Shown here: in pieces, positions 36,663 through 56,432 of the stretch
Position numbering within the stretch: the stretch's first letter is position 1
Layout: every line of letters begins with the position of its first letter
Translations under genes and position numbers: made by a program
Origin: the human T2T-CHM13v2.0 reference genome, Homo sapiens
Length of the DNA: 64,000 nt
Strand: one strand, 5' to 3'
NCBI RefSeq assembly: GCF_009914755.1
Contig: NC_060928.1
Notes under the pieces: generated by a model
What the model was told of the DNA's origin: nothing
The model's database searches: none
Seen by the model: only the letters and a program-made list of their open reading frames with translations

Positions 36663-37072
36663 TGATATAGTTTTGATGTCTGTCCCCTCCAAATTTCATG
36701 TTGAAATGTGATCTCCAATGTTTGAAGTGGGGCCTGGTGGGAGGTGTTTGAATCATGATCCCTCATGAATGGCTTGGTGCCATCCTCACAGTAATAAGAG
36801 TGAGTTCTCACTCCTATCAGTTCACAAAAGAGCTGATTCTTTAAAAGAGCCTGGCACCTCCTCCTCTCTTTTGCTCCTTCTTTTGCCATGTGATACACTG
36901 CCCCCTCCTTTGCCTTCCACCATGATTGAAAGTTTCCTGAGCCTCACCAGCAGCAGATGCTGGCACCATGCTTTTTGTACAGTCTGCAGAACTGTGAGCC
37001 AAATCAACCTCTTCTTTATAAATGACCCAGTCTCAGGTATTCCTTTAGAAAGATGCAAAACAGACTAATACA
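36663..37072 (+). mobile_element. MST-type (ERVL-MaLR) solo LTR
   Basis: TGATATAGTTTTGATGTCTGTCCCCTCCAAATTTCATGTTGAA...CCCAGTCTCAGGTATTCCTTTA...GACTAATACA; TG...CA ends. Confidence 0.85.
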
Positions 37073-37449
37073 GTACTTTTAATTCCTGATCTTTCTGAAC
37101 GGCTCTGTGGCTTCTGGCACCACTACTCGTACTTTTCATGAGTGATTTCATTTATAATGAGGGTGTTAACTATCACCCTTCAGAGACATTACATTCTCTA
37201 GCTCCAACTCTGACCACACTCTTCTAAATTTCTGACTCAGCCAAATGCCTGTTGGGAATTTGTACTTGACCTTCCACTGGCATCAAATGAAACAAATCTC
37301 AAACACAGCTCATCCCATTCCTCCTCTGATGTTCTTTATCTCAGTTTGTGGCTGTAGTTCAAGTCAGCAACAGGAAGACATCCTAGAATCTGCTTCATAT
37401 AAACCCTGTTGATTTTTCTTCCATAGAGTTCTTGTACTCATCCCCATAT

Positions 37450-37780
37450 AATGTAGTATTTAAGAGAGTAGGTTCTGGAGACTCAGGATTGTACATACAC
37501 TTGCAAGTCTGTCATGTACAATTCTCGACGCACATTTACAACGTGCTCATTGTGGATATTTACATTTATTGTAACAATTAATGAAGAGGGGAGTAAAGTC
37601 TCTTAAGAAAGGGAACATCTTTTTCTAATTTGCACAGAGGTGCGCCATGGGCTGGTGGGTGTGCTGGAACACAGTGTCTAAGTGTAAGTCCCATTTAATG
37701 TACTTACTAACAATATAATCTTAGTTCATCCTATCTCTCTCTCAGTTTCATTTGCAAAGTGGAAATAATCTCAGTATATT
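37450..37780. mobile_element. MIR interrupted by a MER91-like hAT element (about 37485-37667)
   Basis: CTTTTTCTAATTTGCACAGAGGTGCGCCATGGGCTGGT resembles a MER91 end; MIR-like flanks. Confidence 0.55.
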
Positions 37781-37825
37781 TCACTATCAATTTTCTAATA
37801 AAAAAGAATTTTTCAGAAGACCTAC

Positions 37826-37904
37826 CATTAGGAGTAGCTAGCTGAAAAGCCAAATCAAGGCCTCCTCTTATTCTGAAGAGTATATCCATACTTTCTGAAA
37901 TCAC
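37826..37904 (-). CDS. UFSP2: UFSP2 exon 2 ([26 protein letters not shown])
   Basis: Acceptor tttgttctag; donor GTAGGT; 79 nt. Confidence 0.95.
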
Positions 37905-38086
37905 CTAGAACAAATAAAGATAAAGACAAACTCCCTTGTAAAACAAAACAAACTCATATTCATATAAATTAGAATCTAAGTTTAGTGTTAAGACATTAAT
38001 TAACCTTGATTCTTCAAATTATTTCATGAGTTAATTCCTTGTTTTACAGAAAAAACAAAAACAAAAGCAACCCCAAAATTTTAAAT

Positions 38087-38572
<486 letters not shown>

Positions 38573-39099
38573 CTTTAAGACAATCTTTCCAAATTATAAT
38601 CTTGACAGGTTTAACAATGACAATAAAACATCAACAGTAAAGAACTAGTTTAAGAATGTGACAAGGCACTGAACCTAATATAATACCAGGGAGTCAAGAC
38701 AATGAGAGGAAACTCATACTGAGGGTGGGATATCAACTGGTGGAATCCTTCAGAGAATATGGCAGTAAGAATCAAAGGTTTATATTCATAGGCTTGATCT
38801 AGTGATATGCATTTAGAATCTCAGACTTAGTCTAAGAAAAATCTGAAAAACACACAAAGATTCGGGTACATGGATATTAACCTAACTGCCAACAATAGAT
38901 TGGTTAAAAAAAATAGGAATATCATATAGCCATAAAAAAATCATGTTTTTGCTGAAAATTAAAAGGCACAGGACAATGCTTACAACTTATAAAGGGAAAA
39001 GAGCACTTGCAAAATGGAACTAATCAGTTCTTTACTTGGATCCATATACTGTTTCAGGTAGTTGATGATATATCACAAATGACATGTATCATTGTTTGT

Positions 39100-39185
39100 G
39101 TACACATATATACACACACAGATACACATATTCATACATATATACATACATATATACACACACACACACACGAGAGAAAGAGACA
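39100..39185 (+). repeat. (CA/TA)n microsatellite
   Basis: Direct reading. Confidence 0.85.
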
Positions 39186-39360
39186 GGAAGGGAGAAAGAG
39201 AGCGGGAGATTTCTTTTGGGAAGAGGTTTCAAAAATTTCATGAGACTCTCAAAACATATCTCTCAAACAGGCTGAAGAACCATAGTACACACTAAGACCC
39301 CTATTTTGAAATAAATGAATAAGTACTAACATTTACTGAGCTCTTCAAATGTAAAACACA

Positions 39361-39676
39361 GGCAGGGTGCAGTGGCTCACGCCTGTAATCCCAACACTTT
39401 GGGAGGCAGAGGCAGGAGGATCACTTTGAGCCCAGGAGTTAGAGACCAGACTGGGCAACATAGGAAGACCCCCATCTCTACCAAAAAAAAAAAAAAAAAT
39501 TAGCTGAGTGTGGTGGTCTGCACCTGTAGTCCAGCTACTCGGGAGGTTAAGGTGGGAGGACTGCTTGGGCCGGGGAGGTCAATGCTACAGTGAGCCATGA
39601 TCACACCACTGCACTCCAGCCTAAGCAACAGAGCAAGATCTTGTCTCCAAAAAACAAAATAAAATAAAACAAAAAC
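39361..39676 (+). mobile_element. AluJ-like
   Basis: GGAGGATCACTTTGAGCCCAGGAG diagnostics. Confidence 0.88.
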
Positions 39677-40249
39677 ATGTAAAAGGCACTATGCTAAACA
39701 TACATACTTACTCCAGTCCTCAGAACAGTATTAAATAGGTACCAATACAGTTTTTCTCATTTTACAAATCCTTTGTCACATTTCTATAAGGGTCACTGTT
39801 TTTATTTATTCTAAAATTGTAATCTTTTGAAAGATCATATACCCTTTGTCCCAATTCTACTTCTGAGAATTTATTCTAAGGAAACAATCAAGAAAGTTCA
39901 GGACAAATTTAGCTTCATGTTGTCCATTTATTCTACCGTTGTTCATCACAGAAAAATAAATGGAAACCACTTAAATAGCTATTAATAAGAAATCAGTTAA
40001 ATAAAGAATACTACCAAACAAACTAGTATGTACCCATTTAAATAAAAAATATTTAAAGATACTGAAGATAAAAGTTAGACAGGAAAGAACAAATTTTAAC
40101 TCTGCTACTTACTGTACAATTTTACACAATTTAACTTATCACTTAAGTCTGTTTCTCTTCTGTAAAACTGGAAAAATACACAACTTCCCAGGGTTGTTAT
40201 GAAGATTCCACAAGACATCATTCATAAAAGCACTAGTCTTCCTAGACTT

Positions 40250-40760
40250 CCGAATTAGCTGAGATACTCTCTGAAGAAATAATACTGAGGCTGAGATCTG
40301 AAGGGTGAGTGAAGGTGCAATAGCCCATTCCAGGCAGGGGCATCGATGAGTGAAGATCTGCTTAAAAGACCACTTAGGTGACTACCCCAGATGGATAGAT
40401 CTCAAGGCCAAGGATGGTAAGAGTGGAGACAGTGACAACAGACAGACATTTAGAAGTAGCATCTATAGGACTTGATTATTGACTGCATGTCGGGGAGTTG
40501 AGAAGAGGGAGATGTCAAGGATGATTTCCAGGTTTTGGGCAGGCACAACAGGATGTATGGTGGTGCCATCTACAGAGTTGGGGGTTCCTGGAGGAAGAGC
40601 AGGTGTGGGCTGTGGGGAAGTGGAAATGCTCAGTTTGGAACTTGCTGAGCTTGAAATACATATGAGCTATCCAAGTGGAGGCACGGTTAGCAGATTTGTG
40701 GGTCTGGAGCTCAGAAGAAAGGTCTAACTTAGAGATAAAATTTTAGGAGAACGCATAGGG
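40250..40760 (-). mobile_element. L2 fragment
   Basis: GTCAAGGATGATTTCCAGGTTTTGG...GTCTGGAGCTCAGAAGAAAGGTCT. Confidence 0.65.
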
Positions 40761-41207
40761 TGTAAAGCGTCCCTGAAGAGCACCACCATTTAGGATAGGG
40801 ATTGGAGAACCTTGCTGAGCAATGAGACAGGAGAGAAACCAGGGGAGGGAAATACCACGGGAACTAGGGGAATATAATATCCGAAGAAAGTTGCGCCTGT
40901 CCCAGGTTAAGCCCTTCTTGCAAGGCTTCAAAAACGCCGAAGTCTCTCAAAATACTTTCACACAGAGAAGTAGCAGGGGGTGCGTGTCCAAGGTGGCCGA
41001 GGCGGGGTGCACACTTGTGTAGGGCACTTTCCCCCCGGCCCAGCGCGGAGACAGGCGGACTGGAGAGCCGCCCTGCCCACGCAGCTCGCAGCTGCCATCT
41101 TGGACCCCGGCAGGACCAGCTCCTTTCAGGCGCTGTGAAGCCCGCTCGTGGCGGCTGCCAAAGTCCGGGGAAAAACACAGGGGTCGGTGACGAGCAGAGA
41201 TACTCAC

Positions 41208-41210
41208 CAT
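41208..41210 (-). CDS. UFSP2: UFSP2 exon 1 coding part (ATG only)
   Basis: GCGGACATG|GTGAGTA on minus strand within CpG island; gives the 469-aa frame. Confidence 0.9.
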
Positions 41211-41599
41211 GTCCGCGACGTGGCGGTGACACGGGCGCTGACGCCTGCCCAAAAGTTCCGGGGGCCGGCCCTGAAGTGGCGTCACCGCACGGCCCAGGGG
41301 CGGGGCCCGGGCGGACCAACTACAACTCCCGACATGCTCGGCGGCATGACGTCACGGAGCGTACCACACCGCAGTCCCTCGCGGACGGCGAGGCGGGGCG
41401 GGTAGCCGAAGACTTATGTTTGGTAAATTCTATTAGTTAAGTCTTTTCTGTCCTACAGAAGCTCACACATCCTTCTGTGTGTTCTTCGATGCGGATTCGA
41501 ATCTCCTCGTATCCTCCCACAGCGTGCTTGGAATGGATTCTCCCGTACCCGGGGCAACACATCACACAATAAACGCCAGCTGTGGTGGAACGTGCAGAG

Positions 41600-41738
41600 G
41601 CGCTGCGCAGCCCAGGCGTGTCGCGCGCTTGGGAACCCTCGCCGCTCCCGCAGCGCAGTTAACGTGGACAAGCTGGGGCAACCTGGACGAGCTGGGGCAA
41701 CCTGATCTCGGCTGTCGGAGTGGGTGTCCTCAAGAAAG
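41600..41738 (+). other. CFAP96: Candidate non-coding first exon of CFAP96 (5' end approximate)
   Basis: AAG|GTGACT donor at 41739 at the edge of the CpG island, divergent from UFSP2. Confidence 0.55.
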
Positions 41739-42091
41739 GTGACTTGGTCCTCGCGGACGCCAGGTGTTGCCCCTTAGATACCTGCCACCTCCCAGCCTCC
41801 GTTTCCTCTCTGGGAAACAGACTCCTCATCACCTCCTCCAGTTTTCTGCCCCTTCTTCACCTCTCCTGACGCTCCATCCGTACCTTTTGCAAGGGAACGT
41901 GCCATAATTCGGCTATGCTCTATTTTCTTGTCTAATAGATTGTAAGCTCCTTGCGGGCAGCATCTATGCCTTCTTAAATCTGTTTCTAGTTTCTACCAGC
42001 AAGCTTGCCCCGAAGGGGATTGCAGAATATCTGTTAAATAAGTGAATGAATAATTTTGTAAATGTTGCTCAATAAGAGTTAAGTAGTGGCG

Positions 42092-43620
<1,529 letters not shown>

Positions 43621-44419
43621 ATTAATTTCTAAATAAAGAGTTGCATGTTTAATATTTCACCTTTGTTTGAAGTGGTCATTTCCAAAGAAAGCTCAGAGTT
43701 GAAGTATACCTGTTAACAAATACTCAGAATTCATTGTAGAATTTTTGTTTTTGTTCTCGTTTTTATCTTGCCTAAATAATTGTTCTCTTCCCCATTCCCT
43801 TTATAATTTTGCCAGTGACACACTTATTATGTTTATTTAAACTTGAAAAAAACCTCAAGAGTTGTAGGGTAATACCTCAATGTGTGGTACATCCTGAAAA
43901 GCTGTTATATTTTCAACATAAGGGACAATGCAGGATGCTGAAATCATTGTATTTAAACTGTAAAAATGTCTGCCTTATATAATTATGATTTTAAAATCTA
44001 CCCTGAACTTCTCAAAAGAAGGATTTGTTTATAATACACCGTACAGTAATAATTTTATCATTTCCAACAGATAAATGGCAGTGTAATCGATGAGATCTTG
44101 TACATTCCTTTGTAATTTGTGAGCACTTCATACGGAGAGTCAAGGGGGAGGGCTCATCTGGAGAATTTTGAATCCCAGTATTCTCCCCAACCCCGCAGAG
44201 TAGGTTCTTTCCCCATGGAGTATGAGGCTATTGTTTTGTAGTAAACCTTAAACTCTCAGACTGAAAGTAATTAGAACTGGAAATTAGTAACCACTTTTTT
44301 CTAAACTTTTCCCCTTTATTTTTATTTTCAATGTAAAGTAGGACTTTGCTATAAAACACGTGACCCTAGGGAAACTTTTGAAGTTAGCGGTATAGAGAGT
44401 ACCACCACCAGACGCCACC

Positions 44420-44519
44420 ATGCCTGCGGAAGGAGGAAAAACGGACATGGAAAGGATTGGCCTCTTTAGTGAGATGGAATATATTACTGTGGGTGATAAA
44501 TATGTGTCACAATTTAATC
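44420..44519 (+). CDS. CFAP96: CFAP96 first coding exon (MPAEGG...SQFN)
   Basis: Kozak GCCACCATG; donor GTAAGT at 44520. Confidence 0.93.
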
Positions 44520-44683
44520 GTAAGTATATTTGCTTTTCTCTATGGACGAATAGTGGGTATTTTCTATATAAAATTTAGAATTTAATATTTAAGTCAAATG
44601 ATTTTTTAATGGTTTATATTTTAAAGCATTTAGTTCTAAAGTTTGTTAACGTGTAAAATTTCAATGAAGTTAAGCGATATCAT

Positions 44684-46349
<1,666 letters not shown>

Positions 46350-46987
46350 TTATGAAAGAAGTTCTAAATACTTATTAAAACAGCCTTTAAAAAATTACTG
46401 GGCTACTAGTATTTCACTGTATAAATTCCACAGCTTAAAAATCTGTTCTCCTGTTGATGGACATTTGGGCTATTTTATGTTTTTGATTATTATGAATAAA
46501 ACTGCTATGAACATTCTTGTTAATGTCTTTTAGTGGCCATAGACACTCACGCATCTTGAATATATGCCCCAGAGAGGAATTGCTTCAATTTGAGTGTGAA
46601 ACACCCTTCTCTTCGACCTGCGCACACACTCTCACTGACATCTCACACATGACCTACGCGCACACCCTTACTGACATCTCACACAGTGCTTTCTAGTCTG
46701 TAGTTGGAGAAACATTGAATTAGATCATTTTAAGGTCTCTACCAGCTCTAAAACTCAGAGTGTATAAGCAAGACCTTACATATTAACATGTTTTGATGAA
46801 AACCACTTAGGTCTTATTGTCAAGATAGCCATTCACACAGAGCTTTCAGGGAATGTTTTGAAACAGTGCTTTAGAGCTCAAAATTCATAATTGGCCCAAA
46901 TCATATTTGGAAATTGTTATCTTATTTTTCATGTCCTTTAATTGCTAGTCAGCTCAAAATTATAATATGCCTAATTTATCTTTAAAG

Positions 46988-47207
46988 GACCCTTTAATGA
47001 GGCTGCAAGCAAAAATAAACAGATGCTACCTGGAGGGTCCAAAGAAATGTCAGATCTTCAGGCAGGTTATTTTGATCCCCATTTTGTAAGGATTTTTGAA
47101 GGTGAAGGCTACATAAATCTGAATCAAGTGAGGAGACGGGATATGGTGGAAGCAGCCAAAAAAAATCTAGGCAAAGCATTCCTCCCTAGTAATGGAGAGA
47201 AAAAGCC
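46988..47207 (+). CDS. CFAP96: CFAP96 coding exon 2 (PFNEAASKNK...NGEKK)
   Basis: Acceptor tatctttaaag; donor GTAAGT at 47208; 220 nt. Confidence 0.93.
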
Positions 47208-47586
47208 GTAAGTGTTTTTTGGGAAAAGTCTTAAATATACCTCCTGTACCTTTATCCCTAAATTAAATATTTGTTTTTCTGTAGGACTTACTTATGTAAG
47301 ATGAATTTTTAAGTATTATTCTTAGTTTGTCTTAGGTGGAGATAGTTGTATTGGATGATTTAGATTGACAAGTAATCTTGATTAAATATATTCTCATTAT
47401 CATATTAAATTTTGGATTATCTATATCACTATGCTCTATTTGTTGATATAATAAAAACAACCTAAATAATAAAATTTGTTCAAAAACCTTGCAAAGTCAG
47501 ATTGGCGGAAAAAATTGCCTTTAATTATCATGTCTATGCCCCTGACTGTTTTTTCTGCTGTTAAAGAAGTATAGATAAAAATATGA

Positions 47587-50052
<2,466 letters not shown>

Positions 50053-51052
50053 CCGGAACCGTAGGCATTTAATACATTCTAAATAGAATGACTTTTAGTG
50101 CTTGCGTTAAATCACATTTTGGGTAAATTATGCCTGTCTGTGAATAGTTCTCCTTTATCTGCATTATCCCTGCTCTATTTCCTTGTTGTATTTTAGAATT
50201 TCATTATATAGGTTCATAAAGAGGGATTAATTAAAATATGCTTTCCTACCATTTGTAGACTGAAGGTATTGACAATAAGCAATCGGTGTTGATGTCTTTC
50301 TAGTTTTTGAAATTTTTAACTCAGATGTATGAACAGTGTCAAGTTTTGATAGTAATAAGGTTTCATTTGTCTTGTAGACCTTTTTCTGATTATTAAAATT
50401 TGTTTACTTCAATGGTAACTTAAGAATTAGAGACTATGACTGTTGCTGACAGTAGTTACCCTTATTGTGGAAGTTTTAAGAAAAATTTGTTAAAGTGCTG
50501 GATAGTAAATACTTTGATGATTTTACATAGATACTGTGTGCCCAGAAAATTTAACATTAAAATGGAAGAAAAGAAAATATTTGGTTAATTTTTTCTACAG
50601 CAAACAGAAGAAAATTAGCACCCAAATTCCATGAGTCACTTTCTGTCAGTAGTGGAAACAGCAGTCTTAAATATTTGTTTTGCAAGTGTAGTTTCTTGTG
50701 GGTGGATAGTCAGAAGTAATTAGCCATTTATTAGCTAACTTGCCATAAAGCATCCATAAATTAATCTAAAAACACAAAAGACTCTGTTTATTGTTACAGT
50801 TAACTGAATTAATGAGAATGATTCTAACTTCCTAAGGATTATGCAGTTCTATTTTTTGTAGAATGTTTATAATAATAAAAATATTAAAAACATATGTCAA
50901 AATCTGTGACTGAAGAATGAGGAAAATGAAATTAGATTAAAACTAGCATTTTTTTCTCTTTTTTTCAATCTGTTTAAAAATTATGATAAAATAGACTTAA
51001 ACTTTGCCATTTTAACCTCCTTCTTTTAAAACATCAAAAAATTGTATTTAAG

Positions 51053-51190
51053 ATGTGGCTTAGGAAGCTACTATGGAACAATAGGTGGTCCAGTCCCATT
51101 TTTCAGCGCACAGTCAAAACCTCGAGAAAAATACAAGGCACCTGGAAAGAATTTATACACAAACCCGGGAAAGAAAGGAACTGGATATGG
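51053..51190 (+). CDS. CFAP96: CFAP96 coding exon 3 (CGLGSYYGTIGG...KGTGY)
   Basis: Acceptor gtatttaag; donor GTAAGA; 138 nt. Confidence 0.92.
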
Positions 51191-51290
51191 GTAAGATATT
51201 TTTAATACTTTGTCATATCGTTTGTTTTGAAATTTAAAAAAATTAAATTTCTGAATTCTGAAGTCACCATTACTTACTTTGCTTTCTTAG

Positions 51291-51366
51291 CTATGCAAAT
51301 ATTACCATAGGTAAACAGTTTTCACACTCTGCCGACTTCTATGATGCAGCAAAACTAAAGTATAAG
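51291..51366 (+). CDS. CFAP96: CFAP96 coding exon 4 (YANITIGK...KLKYK)
   Basis: Acceptor tttgctttcttag; donor GTAAAA; 76 nt; follows a 100-nt intron. Confidence 0.92.
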
Positions 51367-51436
51367 GTAAAAAATGTGTTTTGAATGTTTCAACCTTTCT
51401 TTTATTTAGCTAACTCGATATTAATAATTCACTTGA

Positions 51437-51758
<322 letters not shown>

Positions 51759-52879
51759 TCACTTGAGATCTAATTTTGTTTTGTTCTATCTATTTGTATC
51801 ACTGGGGCAGTGGCAAACTCATGTTTATGAATTGTGATAATTTTACCCTTTTATTAGATTTTCATGTCTTGCTGTATATCCTCTCAGCTCCTTCCAGGAT
51901 GAATTTTATCTCTTGCTATGGTTTACCACATCTATTTTACATCTCTGTAAACTAGCTGTGAAACTTCTATTAGCCTGGCCTGATGAACTATGTTCTATTT
52001 TAAATAAAGAGTCATATCCTGACCCTTAGCCATATTCCCACCATACCCTACTATCTGTGCCTGCAAAAGGAATTGTAATACTTTTGGGCTGATCAAGAAG
52101 CCATTATGATGAGCAGATGGGATGGAGGAGTGGAGGCGTGATGGGAAAAGGTGGAGGTGAGAGAATGGATGAATCCTGTGAGTAGACAGAGTGAAAGGAT
52201 AGGAGAAAACTGCTCACTTTATTAAATGGCAGAGATAAAAACTTAAATGTGCTAGCATATGCCTCTTACACTCACTGTGTACCATATTTGACTTGTAATG
52301 AGACCTGTTCACTTATATGCGGAATGTCTATTTGTAAATAAATAAAGGAACCCTTATAAATCTTAGAACCATATGAACATAATTTCACAATATCAGCATA
52401 ACATAAAGAAAGCAGGTAGTAATGAAAAGTCAACTTAATTTGGACATTAAGCATTAAATGGCAATCACTTTGTAGTTTTTTGTTTTTGTTATTAGAGGCA
52501 TGCAGGCTTTAGCAGTTTTGCTATGGTAAAAAATTTTAAATACCAGTGGAATGTGAGAGAATAAGGACCATTATGCTGATGGGCATGTCCAAACTCAGGA
52601 ACAGTTTTCTATTAAATTGGGCAGAAACCTTGGTTCTTATAAAATTGTATATAAGCTAGTTTTCATCTGTAGGGATAATATTGCATACATACTACATAAC
52701 TACATACAGTGGAGTTTTATAGTGGCTCAGTAATTAATCTTTTACCCTATACTTATTGGGTATAACATACTTTTCTCTCTTAACAGAAAAAGCTCTTTTA
52801 TCCTCATTTTTAGAACTTATACATAAGTCAGAAATTTTATGTTCCTAGATTTCCTAATATTCTAAAAGTAATTTTGAAA

Positions 52880-54030
52880 AATTTATCTTGCTTTTTCTTT
52901 TAGTATTTAAAAAAGGTTACTCCACTGTCTTCCTGCTTGACTTGTCTCTGATGAGAAACCTGTTGTCATGCTCATTTTTGTTCTTCTGTATGCACTATGT
53001 CCTTTCCTCTGGCCACTTTTTTTTTTCTTTTTATGACTCATTTAAGCAGTTTGATTATGATGTGACTTTGTGTTGTTTTCTTTCATCCTTCTTGTGCTTG
53101 AGGTTTATTGAGCTTCTTGGATCTATGGGTTTATAGTTTTTCAAATCAAATTTGGAATATTTCCAGTTATTATTTCTTCAGATATTTTTATCTGTCTTTC
53201 TCTTCCCCTTCAGAAATTCCAGTTACATGTGCATTAGGTCTCTTGAAATTGTCCTACAATTTACCAACACCCTATTAACTTAAAAAAAAGTCCTTTTTTC
53301 CTTCTATGTATTTCATTTTGGTTAGTTTTTATTGCTGCATCTTCAAACTCACCAATCTATTTTTCTGTAATGTCCAATCTGCTGTTAATGTCAACCAGTA
53401 TATTTTTAATTTCATACATTGTGGTTTTGCTCTCTAGAAGTTTGAGTATTTTTAATGTCTTACCTGTCTCTACTTAATTTTTTGAGCATTCAGGATATAG
53501 TTACCGTCTTAATGCCCTTTTCTGTTAATGCTAACATCTATATTAGTTCTTGGTTGATTTTAAATAATTGATTTTTCTTCTCAGTATGGGGGTCATATTT
53601 TGCTACTTTGAGTTACTGGCAATTTTTTTATTGGATGTCAAATACTAGGAATTTTACTTCGTTGAGTGCTGTATATTTTTGTATTCTTATAAATATTCTC
53701 GGGCTTTTTCTGGAGTGCTGTCACATTACTTAGAAATGGTTTTTATCTTTTCAGGTCTTGCATTTAAGATTTGTTAGGTGTGATAGGAGCTATGCTCAAT
53801 CTAGGGCTGTTTATTCCCCACTACTGGGGCAAGACCTGTCTAGGTACTCCATCCGATGCCCTGTGAATTAGGACATTTTCTTGCACAGCTGATGGCAACC
53901 ACCACAATTCCCAGCTCTGTGTGAGAGCCAGACACTGTTACCTCACATTCTTTCAGGTGGTTCTTTTCTTGGCTTTGAATAGTTTTCTCATACGTCTGCT
54001 GACCAGTACTCAACTGAACATTCTAGGGCA
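52880..54030 (-). mobile_element. Old L1 (L1MD-like) fragment
   Basis: T-rich antisense L1 text (TTTATTGAGCTTCTTGGATCT, TCTTCAAACTCACCAATC). Confidence 0.65.
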
Positions 54031-54739
54031 GGGGTTGGTAAGACAAATAGAGTATTCTTCTGGTAAAAGGTGACCATGCTGTAGCAAAAAGTGATCCTAA
54101 AACATTACATTATAATCACATGCATGAGAATCACTGTTAAAACTGCAGATTAATAGGCCATACAGCAGACCAATGCAATCAGAAATCTTTGAGGGAAGGG
54201 CTTGGTGATTTGTAATTTAAATAAATTATCAAGTGATTCCCATGACAAGTAAATTTTGTGGGAACACTGTCCAAAAAGATCAATAGAATAAATTTTCAGT
54301 ACCATTGTTGTGATATGGAAGGGTGGAGAGCAGATCACCAAGAATGAATGAATGTCCTACAAGCTGGAGAAAGGAAGAGGACAAGCAAGGGCAAGAGAAA
54401 AATCCCAAAAGAAGAAAGGATTCTGAAAGTGCTACAGCAGGTTCCTAGTAGCGAAAGTTAGTCTTTTCTCAAGTAACTATTTTAGATTTCATTTATCAAG
54501 TGTTTTCAGTTCAGTTTGTTGAATGATGAAATATCAGATTTTATATTTGCAAAAGTGAAAAAAGTATCAATGTTCACTGTATAGTTTTTTGAATCTATAT
54601 TTCATAATTTGATTTTTTGCTACTTTATTAATAGCCAGTGATTTTTATACTTAATATTGTCTAATAGAAAAGATTACAACATAAGAGGAAAACATGACTG
54701 CTGCTTTGCTTTGAATACTAGATAGCAAAAAAATTATAG

Positions 54740-55125
54740 ACATGTAATATATAATATATACATATCTCATATATACATATATGTATCTATATCTCATATA
54801 TATGTATATGTAAGATATATACATATACTCTCATATATGTATATACATAATCTCATATATACATATAAAATGTTTTTTTAAATTATAAAAATGTTATATA
54901 TACATATCTCACATATACACATATATATCTCATATATATGATATATATACATATATGTATCATATATGATATATACATATATGTATATGTGTATATGTGA
55001 GATATATACACATATGAGATATAGATACATAATCTCATATATACATATAATTTTTTTAATTATAAAAATGTTATATACGTATCTCATATATACATATAAA
55101 ATCATATATATACATAATCTCATGT
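54740..55125 (+). repeat. (TA)-rich low-complexity minisatellite with duplicated sub-blocks
   Basis: Recurrent ATCTCATATATACATAT units; AATTATAAAAATGTTATATA occurs twice. Confidence 0.85.
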
Positions 55126-55557
55126 AATCTTTACAACAGCATTAAGTGGGGAATAATAATGTCCTCATTTACAGTTGAAGAAGATGTGACACTGAAATGT
55201 AACTTTCCCAGAGTCTCTGAGAAATGCTAAAAGCAGGAAGGGCTTGAACTAGCGACAAGTCTTGTTATGCTGCATCATACTGCACAGATAGTTAATATAG
55301 ATTCGTTCAGGTGATAAGGTCTCAGTATCGCAAATAAATTTGTATCCAAAATGAATAAGCATAGTTCTGTTTGTCTGTAAGTAGGCATATCTTTTGTATC
55401 ATAAAAATAGAACATAGTAAATTAATGTTTTAAAAAAGTACACCCAGCAGGATAGATTTAAGAATCATATTTATATTAAAATGTAAAAGATTTAACTCTG
55501 GGTTATTTTCAATTTGTGAAATTTGTGCTATGTAATTTCAAACTCTTTAATTCACAG

Positions 55558-55737
55558 AAAGCGAATGAAGAGCACCATCGTTTACTTAAAGGAGCACCAT
55601 TTAAGTTAAATCTTCACCCAAGGGACTATTTTGACGCTAATCCTTATTTTTCTGAGGAATCTTTACCACCAATTAAAAAAGAAGAGAAGAAGAAAACAAT
55701 TTCAAATACTTTTAAACCGTCTTCTCCTGGTAAAAAG
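55558..55737 (+). CDS. CFAP96: CFAP96 coding exon 5 (KANEEHHRLL...SSPGKK)
   Basis: Acceptor ttaattcacag; donor GTGAGT; 180 nt. Confidence 0.93.
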
Positions 55738-55787
55738 GTGAGTTTACAATTTTAGGATGAAAAAATTAAGTATTATAAAGAAATACT

Positions 55788-56232
<445 letters not shown>

Positions 56233-56277
56233 TCATGAAGTAATTATTAGTCTCTTCAAATGTATTTGAATTTATAA

Positions 56278-56432
56278 TTTTTTTTTTTGAGATGGAGTCT
56301 CACTCTTTGCCCGGGCTGGCAGTGCAGTGGCATGATCTAGGCTCACTGCAAGCTCCGCCTCTTGAGTTCAAGCAATACTCCTGCATCAGCCTCCAGAGTA
56401 GCTGAGATTACAGGCATGTGCTACCATGCCTG
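56278..56432 (-). mobile_element. 5'-truncated Alu (right arm)
   Basis: TSD TGAATT(T/C)ATAAT. Confidence 0.85.

Larger units (their letters stand above)
40960..41780. promoter_or_regulatory. CpG island; bidirectional UFSP2/CFAP96 promoter
   Basis: GC box GGGGCGGGGC 41297-41306; ZNF143/THAP11-type ACTACAACTCCC 41319-41330; CRE TGACGTCA 41347-41354; X-box-like GTACCCGGGGCAAC 41545-41558. Confidence 0.88.

Noticed and set aside
41665-41702. Short direct repeats as a CRISPR-like array
   Set aside because: Eukaryotic DNA, two abutting copies, no spacers
40864-41742. Several 70-150 aa ORFs around UFSP2 exon 1
   Set aside because: CpG-island artefacts; only the ATG at 41210-41208 joins a real CDS
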